NCBI GenBank assembly: GCA_964187785.1
Contig: OZ076410.1
Span: 49,848,001-49,912,000, forward strand
From: Amphiscolops sp. MND2022
Lineage: Eukaryota
Direction of reading: 5' to 3'
DNA length: 64,000 nt
Made by a program: the position numbers and the translations under genes. Shown one piece after another: positions 50,486-62,875 of this stretch; position 1 is the first letter of the stretch, and each line of letters starts with the position of its first letter. The notes beneath the pieces are model-generated. The model did no database searches. It saw nothing but the letters and a program-made list of their open reading frames with translations, and had not been told where the DNA came from.

Positions 50486-51957
50486 TGTCGGAGAGCTATC
50501 GGTCCGAGATGACCGACATAACTGAAGCTGTCAATGCCAGCAATATGATATGATGAATTTACACTTACTTGTGCTTACAATTTATACTGTATTATGCAGT
50601 TTCTATAAAACAGCAAAATGCGGAAACTTCATTGAAACAGTATGAAGATTAGACAAAAAACAGCATAATCAATTTGTATAACTTGTGCTCATCCACTATA
50701 CTGCAGTTTTCAGTTTGTCTAAAACAGCGATTGCGGTTTTAACAGAAAAACAGGATAACACCTACACGTGTGTTCATGCAAACACTTCACACCGCGTTAT
50801 GCAGAAATTCTACAAAAACAGCATGACAGTTATAATGAAAAACAGCATAATGATCATTAACTCTGGTGCTCACATATTACGATGTATCATGTGGCTTATG
50901 CGGATACCTCAGAAAAACAGCCTGACGATTAAATGTGAAAACAGCATAATGAATATCTGTGCGGCGGCGCTGATGCATTATACTGCAATATGCGGTTTTT
51001 ATAACACAGTATATGCGGAATTACTCCAGCATAATTTGCATAATATTCCGTGTTAATCCGCTGCAATCACAGTGCAATATTTAGACTTCCTGGGGGCATG
51101 CTGCAGTGGTTCATTTTCCACCTTTAACACTAGAAATATGAAGTTACGACGACTTGGATAAAATTGATGGTCATGTCACTAAAAAGAACACCTAATAAAA
51201 TCATTTCAGAAGTCACCTTCAAGATCAGTGTTTCTCAACAATCCTTCCAAACAAAATACCCCTACAAGACAGTCACTGTAAATTTGCGAAACAATTGCGC
51301 TTTTTCACTTTTTCACAGTTCTTTTCTGTAAAATAACTCCAATTTCATTTCACCCGATATCTTTGTAATTCGAAGATTTTCGCACTCAACACCGTTTTCA
51401 TCATGGGAACCAAGAGAAATAGACGTTCAAAGAGAGTAGAGTCTCAGTCCTCAGACAGAGACGAAAACACTTCAGAAACACGCTTCACTCAAGGTGATGC
51501 GACTTTAGTTGATGTTACTGAAAATGATAATAACATTTTTGACTGCAACTTAGGCAGCGAACTAACAAAACCTTCGCAAATCAGAATGAGATAGAAGCAA
51601 TAACCCAGAGATTGTCTGAGCAAAACAACAACAAAATGACACAAATTGAACAACAGCTGAATAGCAAATTCGAAGCGATACTCAAAGAAATTAGAACAAA
51701 TAGAGACAGCAATTTAATAGATGATGACGAGGATGCCGAGGACAATAGACCTAGTACTTCAAATTCAGAAAATAAACTTCTCAGGAGAAAACACGCATCA
51801 AACACTGGAATCGATAAAAACAAGACTCAGGATTATCGCTTTCAGTCTTCAGAAATGTACGAGTTAGGACAAACAACAACTCCTTCCGGAGTTGCAAATG
51901 AGACCTTAGATGATACAATTATAATAAACCAAAACAGACAGGAAGTCGAATATCACA
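50486..51957 (+). repeat. 5' LTR (1472 bp) with gag N-terminus from 51403
   Basis: TGTCG...TATCACA; homologous to 56429-57908. Confidence 0.9.
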
Positions 51958-53200
51958 TGGTGACAGGACCTACCAAGAACATCCTGAGACAAAGTTATAA
52001 CATTTCAAACACCACAAACAGGCTCGGATCAAACGCAGATCATCTTTATCTCGAGAATTCTGAATCGCCAGACCTTATCAATCAGATTCCTCAAGCAATC
52101 GAGAAGCTTGCAAGGAGAGGTGAAAACCTTCGACATTGAAGGATTTAAACTAAAAACTCCACTCCTTCACATTAAACTGCCAAAAAAAACTCAGCAGATA
52201 AGTAGCAGTATTTGCTGAGCCAAAAACCCATGAAAACGACACTACTGGAGAACAACTCAACGACTACAAAACCACGAACACCACAACACCTGACACTCAT
52301 TCTGATGACCTGTATGAATTATACAAGGACGCCTTCGGGATTTACATACTGCTAGAACCTTTTGAACCTGAAATTGATTAAGAAACACAAAACCAACAAA
52401 CCACAACTCCACAATCTCAAGAAACAAACTGAACTCCCAAATCAACAATCTAAATCAGCAATTCAAATTGGCGGCTAGCAACAGGAATAATAGAAAGTTT
52501 AACCTGTGCATAACCTGCGAGACATCCCACTCTTGACAACAATGTTTTCAAATATTTTACAACGGATGAAGGTCATTTGATTTTGAGCCGGAAAACAGTG
52601 ACCAACGAATGAGGACACAGTTGAATATGAATCTTTTTATCAACGCAAAAAATACTACACACCCACCCATGTTTCTTCAAAAAACAGTGGGGACCCCGGC
52701 GGAACATCTTGCCGTGAATGACAATGAATCACAAAAGGTTAAAAAGACTCCTACAGAAACTGAAAATCTGGAGTCCAGATTATTTGAGAAATCCAGAACA
52801 CTCCCAAAGTAAACCTAACCAAAGTTCGCTCAAAACTGCCAAAAGCAACCCAGAAACTGATGCACAAGAAACAGAAGAAATTTTTGATACATGAGAAAGC
52901 CTTCTCTCGGTGAGCGAGTCGGAGATGGGAGGCGACATTGGACCAATTCTTGTACAGTTCGTCAAGAATTATGACAGACTCTTAATGGCTGTATTCGAAG
53001 CCAAAGAGGGTGATAAAACAAAAAGAGAGATTGAGTCTGGATAGAAACGTGAAAATCGAGAAGAGCTAGAACACAAACCAAATTCCAAAGACAGGAAGCT
53101 GATACCAAGCAGAAAGAAAGTTGTCTGATCAAATTTGTGGGAACCTGATCAGTTCTCACGTTGAATTCTAGAGTCAGCTCAAAATAATTGTTCATCACTT
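51403..53200 (+). pseudogene. gag: gag remnant (MGTKRNRRS...), frameshifted
   Basis: ORFs 51403-51594 and 51612-52139 read through the LTR end and PBS (YH|MVTG); decayed gag core follows. Confidence 0.8.
51958..51967 (+). promoter_or_regulatory. Primer-binding site
   Basis: TGGTGACAGG directly after the LTR-terminal CA; absent after the 3' LTR. Confidence 0.85.
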
Positions 53201-53254
53201 GGAACAGGAATCACGAAAATCGATCTGTGAAGAGCTGATGAAAAAAAATGAAAA

Positions 53255-56200
53255 TTGTTCATCACTTTGGAGAGAAAACCCGAAAGGCAACCTGTGATAA
53301 AGCTGATGTGAAATTAGGAAAGTTTTCTTTTACAAGAGAAGAGTCGAAAGTGTTTGAAATTTCAGACGTTTTGTTGGCGACTTGATTCCTTAATCATATC
53401 CGGATACTTTCTTCTCTTCTCGAAGTAATGAATTTGCAGCACGGAAAGATATAACGGACTGTTCGGATTGCGAACCCTGATAAACAAGGCAACAACAAAA
53501 AAGATAACGAAGGTCGAAAGGTAGAATTGTTGACAGTAAAGACAATGAGGTGAAAAGGCAGATGACGACGAACTGAGACTAAACAATATCAACACGTACA
53601 ATCAAGGGCACTCATCGATGGACTTGGAGGGGCGTTGATCTGCTTCAAACAAGCTGGATTGTCGCAGGGAATTCCGTGCGAGATGTCCGAAGTGCAACAA
53701 AACTGAAGCTGTCAACGCCAGCAATATAATTTGATGAATTTACACTTACTTGTGCTTACAATTTATACTGTATTTTGCGGTTTGTATAAAACAGCATAAT
53801 GCGGAAAAATTGTTGAAACCGTATGATGATTAGACAAAAATGCAGCACAATCACTTTGTATGTTTATGCTCAACAATTCTACTGCATTTTGCAGTTGCAT
53901 AAGATAGCATATGCAATTTTATTAGAAAAACAGCAAAACAACTGCACGTGTGTTTCTGCAAACACTTCAATTCGCGTTATGCATAAGTTCTACAAAAACA
54001 GCATGACGGTTTCAATCAAAAACAGCATAAAGATCATTAACACTGGTGCTCACATATTATGATATATCATGTTCCTTATGCGGGAAGTTCAGGAAAAGAG
54101 CATGATGAATAAATAGGAAAGCAGCATAATGAATATCTGTGCGGCGGCACTAGTGCAATATACTGCAATATGCGGTTTTCATAAGACAGTATATGCGGAA
54201 TTATTCCAGCATAATTTGCATAATATTCCGTGTTAATCCGCTGCTACCACAGTGCATAATTTTGACTCTCTAGGGGCATGATGTAATGATTTATTTTTAT
54301 CTTTTGACCCTAGAAATATGACGATACGATGACTTTGATAATATTGATGGTCAACACTAAAAATAACACCCAATAAAATCATTCCAGAAGACACCTTTAA
54401 GATCAGTGTTTCCCCACAATCATTCCAAACAAAATACCCCTTCAAGAGAGCCACTCCAAATTTGCAAAACAATCGCGCAGTTTTAATCTTTTACAGGTAT
54501 TTTCTGTAAAAGATCTCCAAATTCTTTTCACCCGATATCTTTGTAACTCAAAAACTTTCGCACTCAGGATTCTCGCATTTTGCAGGAAACCCGGAAATGG
54601 GCCCGTTGAATGCTGATGAAAACACAAATTTTGTTCATCACTTTGTATAGGAAACTCGAAAAGCAACCTGTGATAAAGCTGATGTGAAATGAAAATTTGG
54701 AAAGTTTTCTTCTATTAGAAAAGAGTCCAAATTGTTTGAAAAAACAGACGCTGTGTTGGCAACTTGATTCCTTCGTCATATCCAGATACTTTTCCCTTCC
54801 CTTCTCGAAGTAAAGAATTTGCAGCACGAAAAGATATAACGGACTATTCGGATTGCGAACCCAGACAAACAAGGCAACAACAAGAAAGATCACAAAGGTC
54901 AAATGGTAGAATTTTTGACAGTAACGACAATGAAGTGACAAAGCAGATGACGACGAACTGAGACTAAACAATATCAACACGTATAATCAAGGGCACTCAT
55001 CGATGGACTTGGAGCGGCGTTGATCTGCTTCAAACAAGCTGGACTGTCGCAGGGCTATCCGTGCGAGATGTCCGGAGTGCAACATAACAAGCTGTCAACG
55101 CCAGCATTATGCTATGATGAATTTACACCTACTTGTGCTTACAATTTTTACTGTATTATGCGGTTTTTCTAAAACAGCATAAAGCGGAAATTCATTGGAA
55201 CAGTATGATGATTAGACAAAAAACAGCATATTCAATTTGTATTTTTGTGCTCACCCATTATATTGCATCTTGCAGTTTGTATAAAACAGCATATGCGGTT
55301 TCAATTGAAAAACAGCATAAAACCTACACGTGTGTTCATGCAAACACTTCACACAGCGTTATGCGGAAATTCTGGAAAAACAGCATGACAGTTATAATCG
55401 AAAACAGCATAAAGATCATTAACACTGGTGCTCACATATTATGATATATCATGTTCCTTATGCGGGAAGTTCAGGAAAAGAGCATGATGAATAAATGTGA
55501 AAACAGCATAATGAATATATGTGTGGCGGCGATAGTGCATAGTACTGCAATATGCGGTTCTCATAAGACAATATATGCGGATTTATTCCAGCATAACTTG
55601 CATAATATTCCGTGTTAATCCACTGCTACCACAGTGCATAATTTAGACTTTCAAGGGCACGTTGTAATGATTTATTTTTTAACTTTTAACCCTAGAAGTA
55701 TGACGATACGATGACTTTGATAAAATTGATGGTCTTGACACTAAAAATAACACCCAATAAAATGATTTCGGAAGATACCTCTAAGATCAGTGTTTCCCAA
55801 CAATCATTCCAAACAAAATACACAAACAAGAGAGTCACTCCAATTTTGCAAAACATTTGCGCAGTTTTATTCTTTTACAGTTCTTCTCTGTAAAATATCT
55901 CCAATTTCATTCCACCCAATATCTTTGTAATTCAAAGATTTTCGCACTCAGGATTTTCGCATTTTGCAGGAAACCCGAAATTGGGCCTGTTGAGGGCTGA
56001 TGAAAACACAAAACTTGTTCATCACTTTGTATTGGAAACTTGAAAGGCAACCTGTGATGAAGCTGATGAGAAATGATAATTTGGAAAGTTTTCTTCTATT
56101 AGAAAAGAGTCGAAATTGTTCAAAAATACAGACGCTGTGTTGGCGACTCGATTCCTTCGTCATATCTAGATACTTTTCCCTTCGCTTCTCGGAGTAAAGA

Positions 56201-57340
56201 AATTGCAGCACGAAAAGATATAACGGACTCTTCGGATTACGAAGCCTGATAAACAAAGCAACAACAAGAAAGATCACAAAGGTCAAATGGTAGAATTGTT
56301 GACAGTAACCACAATGAGGTGACAAAGAAGATGACGACGAACTCTGACCAAACAACATCAACACGTACAATCAAAGGCATTCAACGACGGACTTGGAGCG
56401 GTGTTGATCTGCTTCAAACAAGCTGGACTGTCGCAGGGCTATCCGTCCGAGATGTCCGGAGTGCAACATAACTGAAGCTGTCCATGCCAGCATCATGATA
56501 TGATGAATTTACATCTACTTGTGCTTACAATTTATACTGTATCATGCGGTTTTTATAAAACAGGATAATGCGGAAATTTCATTGAAACAGTATGATGATT
56601 AGACAAAAAAGCAGCATCATCACTTTGTATATTTGTGCTCAACAATTCTACTGCATTTTGCAGTTTGTATAAGATAGCATATGCGGTTTTTTTAGAAAAA
56701 CAGCAAAACACCTACACGTGTGTTCATGCAAACACTTCATACCGCGTTATGCGGAAATTCTACAAAAACAGCATGACGGTTATAATCAAAAACAGCATAA
56801 TGATCATTAACTTTGGTGCTCACGTATTGTGATGTATCATGTGGCTTATGCGGAAACTTCAGAAAAACAGCATGACGATTAAATGTGAAAACAGGTTAAT
56901 GAATATCTGTGCGGGGACGCTCATGCAATATTTTGCAATATGCGGTTTTAAAAACACAGTATATGCGGAATTATTGCAGCATAAATTGCATAATATTCCG
57001 TGTTAATCCGCTGCAACCACAGTGCAACATTTAGATTTTCTGATGGCATGATGCAATGATTTATTTTTCACTTTTGACCCTAGAAATATGACGTTACGAT
57101 GACTTGGATAAAATTGATGGTCATGACACTAGAAAAAACAGCCAATAAAATCATTTCAGAAGACACCTTTAAGATTAGTGTTTCCCCACAATCATTCCAA
57201 ACAAAATACCCCTACAAGACAGTCACTGCAAATTTGCAAAAACAATTGCGCTGATTCAATTTTTTACAGTTCTTTTCTGTAAAATATCTCCAATTTCATT
57301 TCACCCGATATCTTTGTACTTCGAAGATTTTCGCACTCAA
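53255..57340 (+). repeat. Three tandem ~1385-bp units (pre-LTR 3' region + U3)
   Basis: U3 start TGTCGCAGGG at 53660, 55045 and 56429; U3 truncated at cgcactca (54566, 55950). Confidence 0.92.
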
Positions 57341-57908
57341 CACCGTTTTCATCATGGGAACCAAGAGAAATAGACGTTCAAAGAGAGTAGAGTCTCAGTC
57401 TTCAGACAGAGACGAAAACACTTCAGAAACACGCTTCACTCAAGGTGATGCGACTTTAGTTGATGTTACTGAAAATGATAATAACATTTTTGACTGCAAC
57501 TTAGGCAGCGAACTAACAAAACCTTCGCAAATCAGAATGAGATAGAAGCAATAACCCAGAGATTGTCTGAGCAAAACAACAACAAAATGACACAAATTGA
57601 ACAACAGCTGAATAGCAAATTCGAAGCGATACTCAAAGAAATTAGAACAAATAGAGACAGCAATTTAATAGATGATGACGAGGATGCCGAGGACAATAGA
57701 CCTAGTACTTCAAATTCAGAAAATAAACTTCTCAGGAGAAAACACGCATCAAACACTGGAATCGATAAAAACAAGACTCAGGATTATCGCTTTCAGTCTT
57801 CAGAAATGTACGAGTTAAGACAACCAACAACTCCTTTCGGAGTTGCAAATGAGACCTTAAATGTTTTAATTATAATGAATGAAAACAGACAGGAAGCCGA
57901 TTATCACA
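56429..57908 (+). repeat. 3' LTR (1480 bp) with gag N-terminal copy
   Basis: ORFs 57354-57545 and 57563-57908 duplicate the 5' LTR ORFs; ends TATCACA then TSD. Confidence 0.9.
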
Positions 57909-59919
57909 ACATACATCCGTGTACTCTCCCAAAGCTGATTTTTTTGCAATTGCAATCCAGTCCGGGAACGAGCTGTGACATTGTCGCATTTTTTGCACTC
58001 GTGCTTGCTGGTTTTGTGCTTCAAAACAGCCTCGTTAGTCACCGGACATTAGTCACGTGATCTATTATTGACGTTTCGTTAGTTGACACTAGGTGCTAAA
58101 GCGTGTTAATTTACCAATTTACTTACTGTAGCGTCATATAGTTTTGATAATCTTTAGTCTACTTTAGTTCAATAATTCGTTCGAAATCTATTGCGGATGA
58201 AACGTTTCGTGGGTGGATGAGATATTCCGCAGTCAGATAAAATATTCGAAGAAAGTTAGACACATTCCCGCGGGCGGCCATACACACCCAATTTAGCCCA
58301 AAGCTATTTAGCCCCCAGATCCGAAACTGTGGGATACGAAACTCACACTGGTAAGCGAATTGGTTTCCCGCAATTTGGTTTTGTTTTCAGCATTATATTT
58401 TTGCCTTCAGTATTTTTGAAAGTTTTTTTCAGTATCTTTTTCGCGTAGTAGTTGTTAGTATTCTCATGGTACCTAAAGTATGCAGCGCATCTAGCGAATT
58501 ATATCTGATCAACTTTTGATTAGATGAGAATATAAATATTTTAAAAAAGTATCGTTGAAAAAGATCGGGGTTTCTTTTACCGTTCCTTGGTTTAAAATGT
58601 TTCTTTCGTTTTCCCTTAATACTTTTATATCCCTGGCGCCAACTTCAACTCAGTGCCATGACTACTAATGCTACTAAGCCTTTTAATTACAGCTGACTAC
58701 ACTATTCCAAAATTCTTTCTGAGAGTCTTGATGCTTTTTTAAGATACATTTGACGGTAGACATGAATGATTTTATCTACCCAAAATTATTCAGACATTTT
58801 CATTTTTCCACGAGACTTTCCCCGCACGGGTGGCTGTGGTTGTGGTGAAAGCGGAGGGAAGCTTTGGAGGGGCTCATCGGTGCGGAGGAAACACTTATTT
58901 TTATTGCTACTTGTATTCAGTCATTTTCAATTTATTCAGTTTATCAGGATTTAAAAGGAAATCTCTTGCAGAAAAGATACTTCATACTTGAAGATGAAGA
59001 AAAAATGTTTTGAAGTAGAGTAATTCGACAACTCATTGAGGCAATTTTCTTGAGGCCTCGAAGTTTCAATTCACAATTTTCAGGAATTGAGTTATTCTTT
59101 ACAGAAACTGTGCTTTGCGACTTTAGTAAAAGTTGGAGAAACGCCGTGACAGTTTTCGCAAGAAAGCAAAAAGAAAGCAACGTCAACATGAAACTATTTT
59201 CTAGAACTGGTCTACTGGAATGCAATGTAACGTACACCTAAAGACGCACAATCTAGAGATGGGAAAATGCTTGGGTGGCTCATGCCTTTGCTCTACACAA
59301 ACTTAAACATCAGTTCTTGTCCAAAAGTGAACTCTTAGGGGATTTTTATAGACCAAGGAGGCTTCTCAATTTAGAGCTCCGGAGCCACATGCCGGACCCG
59401 TCTCTCAAGCAGTTACCTCGTGATTGGAATGTGCAGGCAAGTGACATGATGATGAGGCGGAACTTATCTGTAGACACCTATGTGAAGTCAGTAGCCTAAA
59501 TCAACGTATTCCCGTAAAAAACCCTAAAACGTTGGATTTTTTGAAGATGAACGAAAGAGTATAACTGCTATGTTCGAAACGACAAAACTCAACATAGTTT
59601 TGCTGCGTGTGAATCGCTGAGAAAATCACAGCATTTAAAATTTGTAAATCTCATTGTAATTTCTTCGATAAATTGTTAAGTTTCAAATATTATTAAACAG
59701 CTTCTTTGTAAATTTCTCCAAGCTTCAATACGAATTAAGTTTCTGTGCCGACTTTGTTGTCGTTATTTTCTTAGTCAACTTTCTTCGTTTCTGTCAAATA
59801 CTTCGAAAAGATTCGATTTTTCATTCAGCAGCATCAAATGCATTCGATATGTAGACTGAACAGAAAAGCACACGACACGTGTTACTTTCCAAAGCGTTCA
59901 CGTTTTGATTTTCATTTCA

Positions 59920-60715
59920 TCAACACATTCTTCCAGACAGGATTGGGTTGTTGCAAAATGCGCCAGGCACAAAGGTGCGACAATCATAAAAGGGTTGGTA
60001 CCACGGCAAATGAGACGGACTCACTGATTCTCTTTCTACCTCGACGAAGCAGAGAGGTGTTTTCGCAAAAGGGCCCTCCAAACTGATATCGTCGCGTAAA
60101 CGCTCACAGGTTGTGAAAGGTGGCTTCTCTCTGCAAAAACGCAGGTTAACAGGTTCAAGTTCTCTGGTCGGCACTCTTGACAGAACCATGTTTGCGTTCG
60201 ACCTGTGCACGGCCACGTTGATGCGTTGGAAAAGTTGAAAGTTTTCTGCGGCACGGTCTCGCAGGTTGTTGTCGGCGCATCGTTCGGCCAGCACTGTCAA
60301 GAACGAGGTCGAACTAGTGCCGAATCCGCAACTGGTTTCTAAGGCTAGTGGTATAAACTCAAATCCGCTTTGTTGGCAGAGCTCAACGGAGGCAGCTAAT
60401 TTTCGCTCTTCAGCCAACTTGCACGCGTACCCTACCACTTCCGCCGCTCTGTTAATGAGGGTAGATTGCAGCGGACAGGTTAGGGTAACATCTACAGCAG
60501 CTGGCGACTCGTGCGCCCAGTTTGGGATAAAGATATCCCCAGGGCGTCGACAACTGAACTCTGATAGACCCTTAGCTTCCGAGACGGGGGACAAACCAGC
60601 AGATCTGCAAGCATGGAAAACAAGGTCTCTGCTGTCATTGTGCCGAGATATCCGGTCACTGGAGGAGGGCATGATCGCCGAAGGTGTCCATCAGGGATGC
60701 GTTACAGGCAATTCG
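59920..60715 (-). mobile_element. 5'-truncated CRE-like non-LTR retrotransposon: Zn knuckle + restriction-like endonuclease domain
   Basis: ACNASLMDTFGDHALL..DRISRHN, RRPGDIFIPNW, AAVDV, AEERK, FIPLALET, LFQRINVAVHRSNA match the C-terminal CCHC/PD-(D/E)xK region of RLE LINEs; 250-aa ORF, one frameshift in the knuckle. Confidence 0.85.
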
Positions 60716-61659
60716 TAAAAATAACCGAATTTTCAATCATCCTCAATATAATCATTCTGATTTGAAGGTAGTATTTCAAAAAGCTGCAATCAGATTTTAT
60801 TTTTGAAATGAACTCTCGGAAATAGTAGTTAGTGATCAAAAGAAAAATCAAAACGAAAATTCATGATCGAGTTTCAACTCAATTACCCGCACACTTGTAC
60901 AAAACTCCTCAAATAACTCAACCCGGTTAAACGTTTCCGTCCAAATATGAAGGTTGAGCTCATATAGGTATCTTCAATAAAGTACCTGAACACACAAACA
61001 CTTGATGAACTCCAATATGAATCAGCCAAATACTTTGATTTTCATATGGAGATGTCTTGAAAATAGCGAGTCGTTGAGATGGATGTTGCATTGAGTGTTC
61101 TTCGTTTTTAGGAACAACGAAATTATGGCAAAACCTGACACTAGCAATAACCGAAATCGACTCTGCAAACTGTGATTTCAAAAACTGATGATGTAAATTA
61201 TCTAAATTTTTTCAAATTGATGTTCAAAAGTTTATCGAAAAAGACGAGAAAACCTATTCACCTTACTGATCGAACAGACTTCTTGGAAATGAGGGTACTG
61301 GAGCTGAAGCGTTATTCATCAAAGTATTCCTTTTTTTTACAACGGTCCAATTGACAAAAACGTACGCCTGAGAAAAAGTATGTCTCGGTTTTTTCATTTG
61401 TTTGTGTATAAGCGTCTACAGAGGAGACTTCAAAGCCCATCAACGCCCAGAAAAGTTATTATTTGTCTATTTTCGATACAATACTTGATAATTCACTGAC
61501 AGCTACACTCTAAAAATAGGTTGTTGGTATCAGCTACCGCGTTTTTAGCATATAAATTCGTCCATTCCCAAAAATATTTTGAGAACTAAAAATTCAACCG
61601 CTGAGACGTTATCATGACGGTTTGCTCATTGAGCTGAAAAACTTCATTAAAAAGTATAG

Positions 61660-62875
61660 TGTCGAAGCCTTAACTGAAACGTGGGTAGGTTTGAATGACC
61701 GTTTTTGTTTCAAAAGGTCTGTTTCCGTAGAAGTTTTGTCATTTTGAGAAATCTGAAGTATAATAGTTTTTGTTGGCGGATTCAATGTCGAGAAAGACCA
61801 TTGTAGATAGTAAATTCAATAATGATCAAGAAAACTTTCTACCCTCGGGAAAAAAGGTTGCCTTCCATTCTGAACAGCAAACTTTAAAACCCATGAAGGA
61901 TTACCGCACGATCATTCACTTTTAGAAAATAAATCATCACATAGTCACAAAATAATTATACACAACAATGACCGATTATTATAACGTTTTAGATCAGATG
62001 CTTCTATTAACAGATAAAATTAGGCATAAACCTTACCCACAAAAACGACATCTTCGTGGAGTTTAATGAGAGAAGCATTGACTTCGCTATTCATGCCGGA
62101 TAAAAAAAGTACACTAGCCGAACTCTCGCAAACAGAAACAAATACCTGCACGTTTGAAAACTGAATGTGTTCATCGCCTCACACTGGAAAGAGTAATTAC
62201 CCGTCAATAGAACAACTGATTGGAATAGAAACACAATTTAAAATGATGTGACAAAATGAGATCATATTCTCACAAATAGGTTTGGGACCTGAGAGTATTA
62301 GTAATGTAATAGTTAGATGCTCTTCCCCGGGGGTAAAAGAATCCCTCTCTAAAGCATTCAAAGATCGGAATTTTCCGGAAGCTCCAAAAAAGCAACAACG
62401 TTTACACACCACAAAAAATGGTTGTAGTGATCCCCAAAACTACAGTCCACTTAGTCTGCAAAATTCATTGAATTAAGTCTCCGAGAAATCCGATGATTCA
62501 AAGCTTTTTTGAAATTGATCTTTTTACTCCAGTACAGTTTGGTTTTCGTTCTAAGCATTTTTATGTTCCTGTAATCAGCGAAAGTAATCACCTGTAATCA
62601 GCTGTAATCACCCGGCTTCATATCAGATGCAACTGACAAAAAAGATCATAGTCAAGATTGTTTTTGATCATGTTTTTTGGACCATTCTCAATTGCTGAAT
62701 TAATTTTGCAATCGTTGCTTTCACGGACTTATATTTCATGAGTGACTATTTATTGAATGGATGGCAATACATAGCTTTTAATGAAAGAAAAACCATGAAA
62801 TGTCCTGGATATACACAGGTACGCACTGCTTCCATTGTAGAACCCTTCTTTTGGACAAATTATTTCGAAGAGATG
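61660..62875 (+). pseudogene. Decayed L2/CR1-like LINE ORF2 (APE + RT)
   Basis: ALTETW and VGGFN (APE); GPESISN..FPE..K..DPQNYSPLSL, QFGFR, SDYLLNGWQYIAFN (RT domains 0-4). Confidence 0.75.

Larger units (their letters stand above)
50486..57908 (+). mobile_element. Nested non-autonomous LTR retrotransposon (second long-LTR family)
   Basis: Perfect 5-bp TSD ACATA (50481-50485, 57909-57913); LTRs 50486-51957 and 56429-57908; PBS TGGTGACAGG; gag remnant, no recognisable RT or IN. Confidence 0.92.
38146..57980 (-). mobile_element. Full-length decayed long-LTR Ty3/Gypsy element (~12.4 kb plus 7.4-kb nested insertion)
   Basis: Homologous LTRs 38146-39952 and 48626-50485+57909-57980; TG...CA ends; flanks ATGTC (38141-38145) and TTGTC (57981-57985) match 4 of 5; PBS, gag and pol in order. 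Confidence 0.85.

Noticed and set aside
50478-50492. Two LTR elements joined head-to-head at ACATATGT
   Set aside because: The ACATA TSD and resumed homology at 57909-57980 show a nested insertion inside the outer LTR
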